From NCBI GenBank assembly GCA_903893485.1, contig CAITMK010000001.1, positions 1 through 44,559 of the forward strand: a stretch of 44,559 nucleotides of DNA. Reading direction: 5' to 3'. Positions 8,731-18,167 of this stretch are shown one piece after another; the first letter of the stretch is position 1; each line of letters begins with the position of its first letter. The translations under genes were made by a program, and so were the position numbers. A model generated the notes under the pieces. The model worked only from the letters and a program-made list of their open reading frames with translations, was not told the DNA's origin and did not search any database. Origin of the DNA: Candidatus Magasanikiibacteriota bacterium. Its GTDB lineage: Bacteria; Patescibacteriota; Patescibacteriia; Magasanikbacterales; 2-02-FULL-50-9b.

Positions 8731-8760
8731 AGTATAGCAGCCTTTCGCCGGCTTTGACAA
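8731..8760 (-). promoter_or_regulatory. sigma70 promoter of parAB (near-leaderless)
   Basis: TTGTCA-18-TATACT, ATG 10 nt downstream; back-to-back with the tRNA promoter. Confidence 0.55.
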
Positions 8761-8782
8761 CCGGTCAAAAACCTGATAAGAT
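8754..8782 (+). promoter_or_regulatory. sigma70 promoter of the tRNA pair
   Basis: TTGACA-17-TAAGAT. Confidence 0.7.
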
Positions 8783-8800
8783 ATCCCCGTAATAACGTAA

Positions 8801-8887
8801 GCCCAGATGGCGGAATTGGTAGACGCACAGGACTCAAAATCCTGCGGCCGCAAGGTCATGAGAGTTCGATTCTCTCTCTGGGCACCA
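8801..8887 (+). tRNA. tRNA-Leu(CAA)
   Basis: GCCCAGA/TCTGGGC acceptor stem, CAGGA-CTCAAAA-TCCTG anticodon arm, long variable arm, GTTCGA T-loop, encoded CCA. Confidence 0.97.
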
Positions 8888-8912
8888 GCCTCAATTTCAA
8901 AATATACCGCCC

Positions 8913-8985
<73 letters not shown>

Positions 8986-8986
<1 letters not shown>

Positions 8987-9023
8987 TTTAAAAATACCCA
9001 CGCATGCGTGGGTATTTTTAAAT
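8986..9023. terminator. Palindromic bidirectional terminator after the tRNAs
   Basis: ATTTAAAAATACCCACGCATGCGTGGGTATTTTTAAAT, a perfect 38-bp palindrome. Confidence 0.85.
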
Positions 9024-9058
9024 TCATCGGAAGATGAAATTAAAAAACGAAATACGTG

Positions 9059-9201
9059 AGTTTGTTTTTGTTTTGAGAAGGGGTCATCCGCAGGCATTGC
9101 GGGCCGGTGCCGCGCACCATGCGCGGCGAGCAATGCCGAGGCCGAGCGCAAAATCCCGCCGGGGATTTTGACGCGACCCCTGAACAAAATAAAAACAAAC
9201 T
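9059..9201. repeat. Structured palindromic repeat, copy 2 (core 9080-9180) inside a 17-bp AT-rich inverted repeat
   Basis: Same conserved segments as 5239-5339; flanks AGTTTGTTTTTGTTTTG / CAAAATAAAAACAAACT. Confidence 0.85.
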
Positions 9202-9202
9202 T

Positions 9203-10180
9203 TTAATTTGTCGGCCACGTAAAATTATCAAACGTCCACTCCGCAAGCATCGCGGTTTCCGTGAATCGTTTATAGACATCCCCCGCACCCATCACCACCA
9301 CGCGAATTTCATGTCCATCATCACTCCGAATAAGCGAGGCAAAATTATATCCGGCTTCATCGGTGTAACCCGTTTTTCCACCTTCAATCGTTGCCGCCTT
9401 CAGCGGCACCGCACCAGTTAAAACCCAATCAGTTGCTTTCACGGTTTTTTTCTTTCCGCTTTCAAGTTCGTGAATCGAAACTTTTTCTTCAACACTTGTC
9501 ACTTTAATTTGCGCGGATGAAAGCGCAATTTTAATTAAACGCGAAACATCTTTTGCGCTCCCTACATTGTGCGCCGATAAACCCGTTACATCTTCAAAAT
9601 GCATGGTCGGCATTCCCAAATCTGCGGCGCGCTGATTCATAAGCACTGCAAATTGTTCGGGTGTAAAACCACTTGCCTGCACCAGCGCATTCATTGCGGT
9701 ATTCAATGAACCAACTAAACCCGCGGCAAATAAATCATGCAATGTATATGTTTCGCCAGCAACCAAATCTTTTGATGAATCAACCACCGCAGAATTTGAA
9801 ATGGTTGTCGTTGCGTTCCAATTCGTAATTTTTTCTGTAAGTAAAAGCGCGGTCATTAATTTTGTAACCGAAGCCAGCGCTTGTGGCTGATCTGCATTTT
9901 TTGAAAAAATAATTGCATCGCTCGCCGCGTCTTCAACAATCACGTGCGGCGCGGTTAATGTTTTTGTAAATTGCGCACCTGATAAATTAATCGGCGGCTT
10001 TGGTGGTTGATGCGCTTCGGGCAACACATTTTTGAGCGGCGCCGCGGCAATATCAGAAATACGATCAAGCGCGTTTTGAGAATTACTAACACGCGACGCG
10101 GCAACTGCGTGCCCCGCCTGCTGACCGCCAATAACACCGATTACAGCGGCAACTGCGATGATGGCAACAAAGCTTCGCAT
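9203..10180 (-). CDS. D-alanyl-D-alanine carboxypeptidase (peptidase S11)
   Basis: Signal/anchor peptide; SxxK (ASVTK), SxN (SLN) and KTG (GKTGYT) motifs. Confidence 0.92.
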   Translation of the reverse strand: MRSFVAIIAVAAVIGVIGGQQAGHAVAASRVSNSQNALDRISDIAAAPLKNVLPEAHQPPKPPINLSGAQFTKTLTAPHVIVEDAASDAIIFSKNADQPQALASVTKLMTALLLTEKITNWNATTTISNSAVVDSSKDLVAGETYTLHDLFAAGLVGSLNTAMNALVQASGFTPEQFAVLMNQRAADLGMPTMHFEDVTGLSAHNVGSAKDVSRLIKIALSSAQIKVTSVEEKVSIHELESGKKKTVKATDWVLTGAVPLKAATIEGGKTGYTDEAGYNFASLIRSDDGHEIRVVVMGAGDVYKRFTETAMLAEWTFDNFTWPTN

Positions 10181-10677
10181 ACATTCATTTTTTCATACTG
10201 AGGTAACTGTTCGGTGCTGGAAAGGCCCAAATAACGCACAAAATCAATGGTTACACGATACGCAGGAATTTCGGACGTGGATTCCCCGCTCTGCTCAATG
10301 AGCCCGCGCCACTCCAAATTGCGCAAAATTAAAGTACAGTTTATACCACGAATCTGTTCAATGTCTGGCTTCGAAATTGGCCCGCGATACGCAATAATCG
10401 TGAGCGTTTCAAGCTGCGGTCGCGTGAGCTCGCCGGTAATTTCTTCTTTCAAAAAATTCTCAACAACTTCGCGTGTTTGTGGGGCAGAAAAAAACTGCAC
10501 TTCCGCGCCGTTGCGAACTAACATCATACCACGTTCTGGACCAGAATAAATTTCAGATAATTCTTCGAGCCATGATTCAATTTTTTCTGCGTCTGTTTCA
10601 AGAAGCTTTGCAAGTGCGCCCACCGTAAGTGGTTTTGCTGAAACAAATAAAATTGCCTCGAGATGTGCTTTGGTCAT
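10141..10677 (-). CDS. scpB: SMC-Scp complex subunit ScpB
   Basis: LEAILF, LETLTIIAYRGPISKPDIEQIRG. Confidence 0.95.
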   Translation of the reverse strand: MTKAHLEAILFVSAKPLTVGALAKLLETDAEKIESWLEELSEIYSGPERGMMLVRNGAEVQFFSAPQTREVVENFLKEEITGELTRPQLETLTIIAYRGPISKPDIEQIRGINCTLILRNLEWRGLIEQSGESTSEIPAYRVTIDFVRYLGLSSTEQLPQYEKMNVCEALLPSSQLPL

Positions 10678-11366
10678 AGAGTTGCGGTAATATGAATGTC
10701 CGTGAAATGATCTTCTTGCTCCAGCAAAACGCTGCGCTGTTTTGCCAACTCGAGCAGTGCCAAAAACGTTACAATTATATCAGGTTTGGAAGATAAATCA
10801 TCCACCAAATGTTTCATGTGCGTGCGCTGAAATGTTTTAAGCATGTCTTGAACCGCATCAATTTTTTCGCGGATGGACATTACTTTTTGGATTTGCGCTT
10901 CTTCCAATTTTACTGGCGTGCGACGCGTCACGATGTCCGTAATCACCGCGCCCAATTTAAATGAGGTCAATGTTTTTGGCGGCTGAAATCCGCGCGCCAT
11001 GACATGCAATTCTTGGCGTGGATACATGAACCGACGCTGCAATAGCATTTCTTTTATTTCTTCTGCCGCGTGCACAAACTGTTCGTACATTTTGAGCTGG
11101 CGCGAAAGCTCATCCCCGGTCTGCTCGTCTTCAACCACCAACTGCGGCAATAATTCTTTGGATTTCAGGTATAGCAATTTTGCCGCAAGCACCAAAAAAT
11201 CCGCCATTTCAGATTCATCAATTTCAGTTGACGAATTTACAAAGGATAAATATTTGTCCGTCACATCCGCCAAAGAAATTTCGGTAATTTTCAATTCATG
11301 CCCTTCAACTAAGTTGAGGAGCAAATCAAGCGGACCAGAAAATTTCTCGTCGGTGAAAGTAAACAT
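10674..11366 (-). CDS. scpA: Kleisin ScpA
   Basis: FSGPLDLLL, FLVLAAKLLYLKSKELLP, FLALLEL. Confidence 0.95.
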   Translation of the reverse strand: MFTFTDEKFSGPLDLLLNLVEGHELKITEISLADVTDKYLSFVNSSTEIDESEMADFLVLAAKLLYLKSKELLPQLVVEDEQTGDELSRQLKMYEQFVHAAEEIKEMLLQRRFMYPRQELHVMARGFQPPKTLTSFKLGAVITDIVTRRTPVKLEEAQIQKVMSIREKIDAVQDMLKTFQRTHMKHLVDDLSSKPDIIVTFLALLELAKQRSVLLEQEDHFTDIHITATL

Positions 11367-12767
11367 TTATTTTTTGATTTGAATGTGCGCTTCGTCTAAA
11401 GTTTTTTGATCAACATCACTTGGCGCGCCCATCATCGGATCACGTGCGTCGCCCGTTTTTGGAAACGCAATTACCTCGCGAATGTTTGGTTCGCCCGCAA
11501 GCAGCATTACGATACGATCAATGCCAGGCGCAAAACCGCCATGTGGTGGCGCGCCGTATTCAAACGCTTCGAGCATGTGACCGAATTTCAATTCCTGTTG
11601 CTCTGCAGAAATTTTTAGGATATCGAAAATTTTCTGCTGCTCCGCGCGATTATGAATACGAATACTACCACTCGATAATTCATAGCCATTCATAACCAAA
11701 TCATAGGCATTCGCACGCACTTTGAGTGGTTCTGATTCAAGCAAATGTAAATCATCGGGATGCACTGCACAAAATGGATGATGTTTTGCGGCCAAATTTC
11801 CTTCTTCATCGGTTTCAAACATTGGAAAATCCAAAACCCACGCAAATCCTAATTCATTTGGATCATTTTTGTCAGCACGAATATCTGGCTTATCGTTGCC
11901 ATATTTTTCCATCGCTTCGGCGTACGTCATGCGTGGAAATGGAATTTGTGTAATTTTTTTCTCTGGCGTTACGGTTTTGATAAGCTCAATCATCATCGCT
12001 TCGGTATATTGAAAAATATCTTCAGCTTCAACGAATGACATTTCAAAATCAAACTGCGTAAATTCTGGTTGACGATCGCCGCGCTGATCTTCATCGCGAA
12101 AGCATCGTGCGATCTGAAAATATTTTTCGAAACCTGCAACCATGAGAAGCTGCTTGAATTGCTGCGGCGATTGTGGAAGCACAAAAAACTTTCCCGCATG
12201 AAGACGTGACGGCACAATATATTCGCGCGAACCTTCTGGAGTTCCTTTCATCAAAATAGGAGTTTCAATCTCTGTAAACCCATGCGCATGCATGTAATTA
12301 CGAAAGAAAGTCACCACCTGATCGCGCAATTTAATATTGCGCACCATGCGATCGTGGCGCAAATCCAAGTAGCGATATTTCAAACGCAATTCTTCGTTCG
12401 CGCGATTTTCTTCGCTATCAATTTCAAATGGCGGCGTTTTAGATTCATTCAAAACTTTCACTGACTTCGCAAGTAATTCCACGGTCCCGGTTGCCTGCTC
12501 TGGATTAATTTGTTTCGCGCCACGCGCCTGCACGATACCAGTTACTTCAACAACAAATTCGCTGCGAAGTGAATCGAGTGCCACGCGACTTTCATCGGTT
12601 TCCAATTCCTGCGGCACACCAACAATTTGCAAACGACCCGACGCATCGCGTAAATCAAAAAAAACTAATTTACCCATGTTACGGCGTGCATGCACCCAAC
12701 CAAACACGGTTACAATTTCACCAACTTTTCCAACGGTTTCTAGAGCGAGCGTTCGTTTTTCTAACAT
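11367..12767 (-). CDS. aspS: Aspartate-tRNA ligase (bacterial type, no GAD insert)
   Basis: OB fold, TPEGSREY, LPQSPQQFKQLLM, CFRDED, PPHGGFAPGIDR. Confidence 0.97.
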   Translation of the reverse strand: MLEKRTLALETVGKVGEIVTVFGWVHARRNMGKLVFFDLRDASGRLQIVGVPQELETDESRVALDSLRSEFVVEVTGIVQARGAKQINPEQATGTVELLAKSVKVLNESKTPPFEIDSEENRANEELRLKYRYLDLRHDRMVRNIKLRDQVVTFFRNYMHAHGFTEIETPILMKGTPEGSREYIVPSRLHAGKFFVLPQSPQQFKQLLMVAGFEKYFQIARCFRDEDQRGDRQPEFTQFDFEMSFVEAEDIFQYTEAMMIELIKTVTPEKKITQIPFPRMTYAEAMEKYGNDKPDIRADKNDPNELGFAWVLDFPMFETDEEGNLAAKHHPFCAVHPDDLHLLESEPLKVRANAYDLVMNGYELSSGSIRIHNRAEQQKIFDILKISAEQQELKFGHMLEAFEYGAPPHGGFAPGIDRIVMLLAGEPNIREVIAFPKTGDARDPMMGAPSDVDQKTLDEAHIQIKK

Positions 12768-12793
12768 ATCAAAATTCCAATTTTTATATCTGA

Positions 12794-12822
12794 ATAATAC
12801 CCAAAAACGCAGCGTTCGTCAA
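12794..12822 (-). promoter_or_regulatory. sigma70 promoter of aspS-scpAB
   Basis: TTGACG-17-TATTAT. Confidence 0.7.
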
Positions 12823-12823
12823 T

Positions 12824-12872
12824 AAAAAAAACCCGTTCCCCACCGCGAAGTTCGGCGGCTAGGGATTGGGTG
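12824..12872 (-). terminator. Terminator of the lipoprotein gene
   Basis: ACCCAATCCC...GGGAACGGGT stem followed by a T-run on the minus strand. Confidence 0.75.
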
Positions 12873-12889
12873 TTTGCGCTGCGCGGCGA

Positions 12890-13594
12890 CTATGGCTTGA
12901 CTACCAAAAACCAACAACTTGGACTGAAATCAGACCCTTCATTTTGGACGCGCAATCCACGGTGTAGCCTCGGCGCCTCGCCTGCCTCGCTTGGAAGCAG
13001 CGTCTGCTTGAGATACCACACCCCCGTCACCTTGCGATGACCATCAAGCGTTTTCCGCTTGACTCCAAGCGTGACCAGCGCTGGATGCGCCTGATATTCC
13101 GCGGGATCCGTATGCTCAGACAAATACGCGAGGAACTCAGTATCCTTTGCAAATCGTAGATGCCTACGAGCCGCAAAATTGGCCACTGTGGCCGCCGAAA
13201 CAGCTTCATCGAAGTGGATGAGTTCGTACGGCACAAGAACCGTAGAAGGCTGTTTTTTGGCGTTTTTTGCTGATTTGGCAACGAGTTGGGGCAAGCCGGT
13301 TTCCAGCGTAGCACCTTGATCGATTTGCGCCGCTTGCACAACACCGGAAAGATTTCCCCGTGCCAAAACAGCAAGCATGTGGGCTGGATCTGCGGGCATC
13401 GGAACCATCGTGTCAGTCCGCGGCGCCTGTGCACGCATTTTAGCCAGAACAGCGGCCTGGCGCTGGCGCTCAACCAACTCAACCGCGGTCGGCGGCGGTT
13501 GCCGATAACGCAAAGCTTCGTCAATCGCATCATCTTCGACCTTGTGCCGAACACAGCTACAGAAAAGTAACAGAGCAAACGTCAAAAGCTTCAT
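12890..13594 (-). CDS. Putative lipoprotein with a CLec-fold-like C-terminal domain
   Basis: GGAGGT SD before ATG at 13594; MKLLTFALLLFCSC signal/lipobox-like start; C-terminus LRFAKDTEFLAY...PALVTLG...RGLRV...CWFLVVK. Confidence 0.7.
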   Translation of the reverse strand: MKLLTFALLLFCSCVRHKVEDDAIDEALRYRQPPPTAVELVERQRQAAVLAKMRAQAPRTDTMVPMPADPAHMLAVLARGNLSGVVQAAQIDQGATLETGLPQLVAKSAKNAKKQPSTVLVPYELIHFDEAVSAATVANFAARRHLRFAKDTEFLAYLSEHTDPAEYQAHPALVTLGVKRKTLDGHRKVTGVWYLKQTLLPSEAGEAPRLHRGLRVQNEGSDFSPSCWFLVVKP

Positions 13595-13661
13595 TTTTCC
13601 TACCTCCAATAGGCGCAAATGAAAATCGACACCCCTCGGTGCCGACCTCAAAGCTGCTGAA

Positions 13662-13690
13662 TTTATACCAATTTGTCGCCGAAAAGTCAA
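13662..13690 (-). promoter_or_regulatory. sigma70 promoter of the lipoprotein gene
   Basis: TTGACT-17-TATAAA immediately after the asnS stop. Confidence 0.7.
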
Positions 13691-13693
13691 GGA

Positions 13694-14986
13694 TTACGGT
13701 GTTAAACGGTTCAAAAGGCGTGCAAACGGAATCGCCTCGCGAATATGCTCAAGCCCACAAATCCAAGCAACTGAACGTTCCAAGCCAATCCCAAAACCCG
13801 AATGTGGTACAGAGCCAAAACGACGTAAATCCAAATACCACTGAAACATTTCAACCGGCAGATTGTGCGACCTGATACGCTCTTCCAAAAGTGCCAAATC
13901 GTCGATACGCTGCGAGCCGCCAATTACTTCGCCGTAACCTTCTGGGGCCAACATGTCGGCATTAAGCACATAGCGTGGATCCGCTGGATCTGGTTTCATG
14001 TAAAACGATTTTACCTCAACCGGATAATGCGTGATAAAAATCGGACGATCGTATTGCTTGGTCAAAATTGTTTCGTCGTCGGCACCCAAATCATCGCCGT
14101 CTTTAATATCGCTACCAAGTTTTTGAAGCTGTGCGATTGCATCGGTGTAGCGAATGCGTGGAAAATTTCCTTCCGCTGTTTTTTGGAGTGGTGCGATATC
14201 GCGCTCTAATGTTTTTAAATCTTCAGCTCGGCGTTCGAGCACGCGCTTCACTACAAACACGGTCATGTCTTCTTGAAGTTGCATGTTTTCGTTTTGATCC
14301 ATGAAACTTGCTTCGGCTTCAAGCATCCAAAATTCGGTAAGATGACGACGCGTTTTTGATTTTTCGCTGCGAAATGTTGGACCAAAACAATACGTACGTT
14401 TAAGCGCTGACGAAGTCGCTTCTTGATACAACTGCCCTGACTGTGAGAGATACGCGAGTCCGTCAAAATATTTTACTTCAAACAAATCAGTGGTGCCTTC
14501 GCATGCATTTGGGGTAAAAATTGGTGAATCCATCAAAATAAATTTGCGTTCATACAAAAATTCACGAAGCGTAAATTCAATTTCGCTGCGCACACGCATG
14601 ATTGCTTCTTGGCGCGATGATCGAAGCCAGAGATGACGCTCATCCATTAAAAATTCAACGCCGTGTTCTTTTTTTGAAATGGGAAATTCTCCCGAGGTTG
14701 CAGAAATAAATACACATGACAAACCAGTGAGTTCAAAACCCGATGGGGCGCGAGGTTCTGCTTTAACTACGCCAGTTACCATAACTGACGATTCCATGGT
14801 CATCGCTTCGAGTGTGGCCCATGTTTCCGCCGACACTTCATTTTTTGAAAACACAATTTGCACGCGGCCCGTGCCATCGCGAAGTTGCAAAAAATAAATC
14901 GATCCGCTTGAGCGAAAATTGTACGCCCACCCAGAAAGTTCAACCGTTTCTCCGATTTTTTGTGATAATTCAGCAATGTCCAACAT
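13694..14986 (-). CDS. asnS: Asparagine-tRNA ligase
   Basis: LRDGTG, YLSQSGQLY, FRSEKSKTRRHLTEF, PHSGFGIGLER; start set at MLDIAEL. Confidence 0.96.
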   Translation of the reverse strand: MLDIAELSQKIGETVELSGWAYNFRSSGSIYFLQLRDGTGRVQIVFSKNEVSAETWATLEAMTMESSVMVTGVVKAEPRAPSGFELTGLSCVFISATSGEFPISKKEHGVEFLMDERHLWLRSSRQEAIMRVRSEIEFTLREFLYERKFILMDSPIFTPNACEGTTDLFEVKYFDGLAYLSQSGQLYQEATSSALKRTYCFGPTFRSEKSKTRRHLTEFWMLEAEASFMDQNENMQLQEDMTVFVVKRVLERRAEDLKTLERDIAPLQKTAEGNFPRIRYTDAIAQLQKLGSDIKDGDDLGADDETILTKQYDRPIFITHYPVEVKSFYMKPDPADPRYVLNADMLAPEGYGEVIGGSQRIDDLALLEERIRSHNLPVEMFQWYLDLRRFGSVPHSGFGIGLERSVAWICGLEHIREAIPFARLLNRLTP

Positions 14987-15085
14987 AGAAAATATAGGGT
15001 TATAGTACCCCAAAACCCGTGCAGCTGGCAAGACCCACGCCCTTCCCGTTTTAGCCAAAAAACGCTATAGTATACGCCACAGCAT

Positions 15086-15712
15086 ATGCGTATTACCCCA
15101 GCACTTCGACACACATTTTTCTTAGGCGCGATTGCGTCCTGGGGCGCATGGGTTTATCCACTCATCGTACTCGCCATTTTTTTTGAAGGCGAAGCCGTGA
15201 TTTACACGGTCATGTTTTTAACATTTGAAAAAATTATAAGTGCCTGGATTACCGTGCCATTAATTTTTGTGAGCGTCATGTTTACCGATTTTATTTCGTA
15301 CTCAATTGGCGCGCGGTGCCCCAAATATTTTCCACGCATTGCACATTACTACGAAAAATTAACGTCGCCCATGGATGCGCGATTAAAATCAGTTTCATTT
15401 TCCGTTTATTTAATTTCAAAATTTACGTACGGATTTCATCGTGCAGTATTGATTCGCTCCGGCATGATTGGTATTCCAGTAAAAAAATTATTTGCCATAA
15501 ACTTTTTTACTTCAATCATTTGGATTGGCGCAATTTCTGCAATCGCATTTGGTTCATGGCGATCAGTAAGTTATTTACGTTCATTCCGCTACGTTGAAAT
15601 CACGCTGCTCGCGGGAATTATCGGTGTACTTTTGGGCAGCCACATTATTTCTCATTTTGCAAAAATGAAATTGGCCAACGATTCAACAAAGTCCCCGCCA
15701 CTGAAAAAATAA
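15086..15712 (+). CDS. DedA/VTT family membrane protein
   Basis: FEGE, D..SY.IG and SKFTYGF motifs, several transmembrane segments. Confidence 0.8.
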   Translation: MRITPALRHTFFLGAIASWGAWVYPLIVLAIFFEGEAVIYTVMFLTFEKIISAWITVPLIFVSVMFTDFISYSIGARCPKYFPRIAHYYEKLTSPMDARLKSVSFSVYLISKFTYGFHRAVLIRSGMIGIPVKKLFAINFFTSIIWIGAISAIAFGSWRSVSYLRSFRYVEITLLAGIIGVLLGSHIISHFAKMKLANDSTKSPPLKK

Positions 15713-16294
15713 TCGCATGGTAATTGCAAGTTGGTTTTTTTCTGTGGCGTTATATATAATCGCACCTTCGGGTTTAACGCAATTTGCACATACCACACCG
15801 CCCTGCGCTGGGCTAAACCATTTAAAATTTTCGGTGCTCGCACACAAAACACATTCATGAAATTCTGGTTTTAAACCAGCGTGCATGGCGAGCATACATA
15901 AAAATTCACCTGCGTCGCCCGCGCCCGCTGCGGCAGATTTTTGCGCTTCGTACAATAAACCAAACATCACCGGATCCGCATGGCCCGGCTGCGAAAGCGA
16001 CGTGGCGAGTCGCGCATATAATCCTAACATCGCAATGGATTCTGCGCTTGCACCATGCGCAAAATTTTGTTGCGTTACCGCTTGCGCCACAGTAAATCCG
16101 TTTTTACCCGTTGCCAGCATAACATCAACCAGGCGAAGCGGCTCTAAATGGCCAGATAATTTGCTGGTCATTTTTTGCGCGCCAATTGCCGTGCCAATCA
16201 CCAACCCGTGATGCTCGGTAAAAAAAGTTACTCGCTTATCACGCTCGCGCCATTTTTCGCGCCCCACGATAAGCGCTCGATCAGTAAACGTCAC
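15683..16294 (-). CDS. recO: DNA repair protein RecO
   Basis: ERDKRVTFFTEHHG, SKLSGHLEP, Cys4 zinc finger (CVLC...CANC); GTG start. Confidence 0.9.
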   Translation of the reverse strand: MTFTDRALIVGREKWRERDKRVTFFTEHHGLVIGTAIGAQKMTSKLSGHLEPLRLVDVMLATGKNGFTVAQAVTQQNFAHGASAESIAMLGLYARLATSLSQPGHADPVMFGLLYEAQKSAAAGAGDAGEFLCMLAMHAGLKPEFHECVLCASTENFKWFSPAQGGVVCANCVKPEGAIIYNATEKNQLAITMRLFFQWRGLC

Positions 16295-16695
16295 ACTTCA
16301 AAAATATCTTCGCCAGCTGACGCCGCCTTGCTTAAATACGTATCTAAAATAATTGCCGCGCTTGATGCGTCGATGTCGCCTGCGCCGGCGCGCGATGCTT
16401 CCATTGAGCTCATGCGTTCGTCTACAAATTCAACCGGAATATTATATTTTTCAAAAAGTTTTGCGCCAAAATCACGGGCCTTTTCCGCTTGTTCGCCTTC
16501 GCTGCCTGCCATGGTGTATGGCAAACCAACAACCAAAACGCGAGGATTTTGTTTTTTAATCAAATCATCAATTTTGAGCCATTGCGCATCTTCATCGCCA
16601 TCAACCGTAATAAGTGGCAATGCAAAATCCATGTCGTCGGGCACAATCGCAACGCCGATGCGTGCTTTTCCAAAATCAAAACCTAAAAGTGGCAT
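16291..16695 (-). CDS. yqgF: YqgF/RuvX pre-16S rRNA nuclease
   Basis: LGFDFGKARIGVA, VVGLP, VDERMSS, IDASSAAIIL. Confidence 0.93.
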   Translation of the reverse strand: MPLLGFDFGKARIGVAIVPDDMDFALPLITVDGDEDAQWLKIDDLIKKQNPRVLVVGLPYTMAGSEGEQAEKARDFGAKLFEKYNIPVEFVDERMSSMEASRAGAGDIDASSAAIILDTYLSKAASAGEDIFEV

Positions 16696-16699
16696 AAGA

Positions 16700-17518
16700 T
16701 TATATTTTTTCGCCGGGGCGGAGTGTTACAATTTCTGGGCCCGTGGGTGAAATTATAATAGTGTGCTCAAAATGAGCGCTACGTGAATGATCTTCGGTGG
16801 ACACCGTCCAACCATCCTTTTCAGTATACACGTCCGCAGAGCCAATTGTCACCATCGGTTCGAGTGCCAAAACCATTCCAGGTAAAAGGCGGATTGATGG
16901 TTGAAAACGATCGGTGAAATTTGGAACTTGTGGCGCCTCGTGAACCGCGTATCCAACACCATGCCCCACTAAATCGCGCACAATGCCATAGCCAAGTGGC
17001 GTAAGATATTTTTCAACTGCTTTGGAAATATCTTTGATTTCATTTCCAACGGTTGCGGCTTTAATTCCGCGGCACAAACTTTCGTAGGTTGCGGCTAATA
17101 TTTTTTCGTCTTCGGCGCGTGGTGTGCCGGCGATAACCGAAATTGCAGTATCGGTATAATATCCTTTTGGCCCATCTGGTGTGAATGGCCACTCCATACC
17201 AATATCCAAACCAACCACATCGCCATCCTGAATGATGTGATCGACGCGTGGAATCCCGTGCACCACTTCTTCGTTAACCGAAACACAAAGCGACGCTGGA
17301 TATGCAGGATCTTTCGTTGAAATGGTGTAGCCCAAAAATGCCGGACGACCACCACATTGGCGAATTAAAAATTCAGCACGATCATCGAGTGCTTTGGTAC
17401 TAATGCCGGGCGCTACCATTGCAGCACATTCGGCTAAAATTTCACCCAGCTTTTTTCCGCCTTCGCGAATCGCAACAAGTGCGGCTGGATCTTTGATCAT
17501 GCGTGAGTTTTTTTCCAT
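16700..17518 (-). CDS. map: Methionine aminopeptidase type I
   Basis: CVSVNEEVVHGIP, GHGVG..VHE, LEPM, SAHFEHT. Confidence 0.96.
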   Translation of the reverse strand: MEKNSRMIKDPAALVAIREGGKKLGEILAECAAMVAPGISTKALDDRAEFLIRQCGGRPAFLGYTISTKDPAYPASLCVSVNEEVVHGIPRVDHIIQDGDVVGLDIGMEWPFTPDGPKGYYTDTAISVIAGTPRAEDEKILAATYESLCRGIKAATVGNEIKDISKAVEKYLTPLGYGIVRDLVGHGVGYAVHEAPQVPNFTDRFQPSIRLLPGMVLALEPMVTIGSADVYTEKDGWTVSTEDHSRSAHFEHTIIISPTGPEIVTLRPGEKI

Positions 17519-17525
17519 GCAAAAA

Positions 17526-18167
17526 TTATAACACGTGCGCGATTTCCATGAAAATTAGGGGGATGGAAAGTGACGCATTGAACCGCTCTACTAAGTCGTG
17601 ACTCTGATAAAAATCAATTACTGGCTGCGTTACTGCGTGGTATGTTTCCAAACGACGCTTAATAACTTCTGGCTGATCGTCTTCGCGTTGCACAATTTTT
17701 CCTTGGCAACGTGGACAAATATCACCATGTGCTGCGGTGTATTCTGCGGTCGTTTTAAAACGACATTGGTTACATGCGCGGCGACTCGACATACGTGCCA
17801 CAGCGATTTTATCTGACAGGTCAAACACGATCACCTTGGTAGGCGCAAGCCAAAGCATTGAATCTTCTGCTTGCGCCACAGTGCGAGGAAAACCGTCGAT
17901 AATAAAACCTTCAGTCGCATCATATTCGGCGATGCGTTTTTTCAGCATGCCAATGATTACTTGGTCTGGCACCAAATCGCCAGCGCGCATTTCACGTTCA
18001 AACGATTTACCAAGTTCAGTTCCCTTTTCAATTTCAGTGCGACACAGTTGCCCGGTGGAAATTGTTGGGATCTGCAAATACACCTGCAGGAGCTCGCCCT
18101 GTGTACCCTTACCTGAGCCCTGTGGCCCGATTAAGATGAGGCGATGCTGCGCAGTGTTTTGGATCAT
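17526..18167 (-). CDS. adk: Adenylate kinase (Zn-binding LID)
   Basis: GPQGSGKGTQ, ISTG, DGFPRT, CNQC...CPRC, REDD. Confidence 0.95.
   Translation of the reverse strand: MIQNTAQHRLILIGPQGSGKGTQGELLQVYLQIPTISTGQLCRTEIEKGTELGKSFEREMRAGDLVPDQVIIGMLKKRIAEYDATEGFIIDGFPRTVAQAEDSMLWLAPTKVIVFDLSDKIAVARMSSRRACNQCRFKTTAEYTAAHGDICPRCQGKIVQREDDQPEVIKRRLETYHAVTQPVIDFYQSHDLVERFNASLSIPLIFMEIAHVL

Noticed and set aside
7036-8760. parS site near parAB
   Set aside because: No TGTTTCACGTGAAACA-like palindrome seen by eye
10141-10180. 40-nt overlap of scpB and the carboxypeptidase gene
   Set aside because: Most simply a short C-terminal run-on of scpB; both proteins look intact
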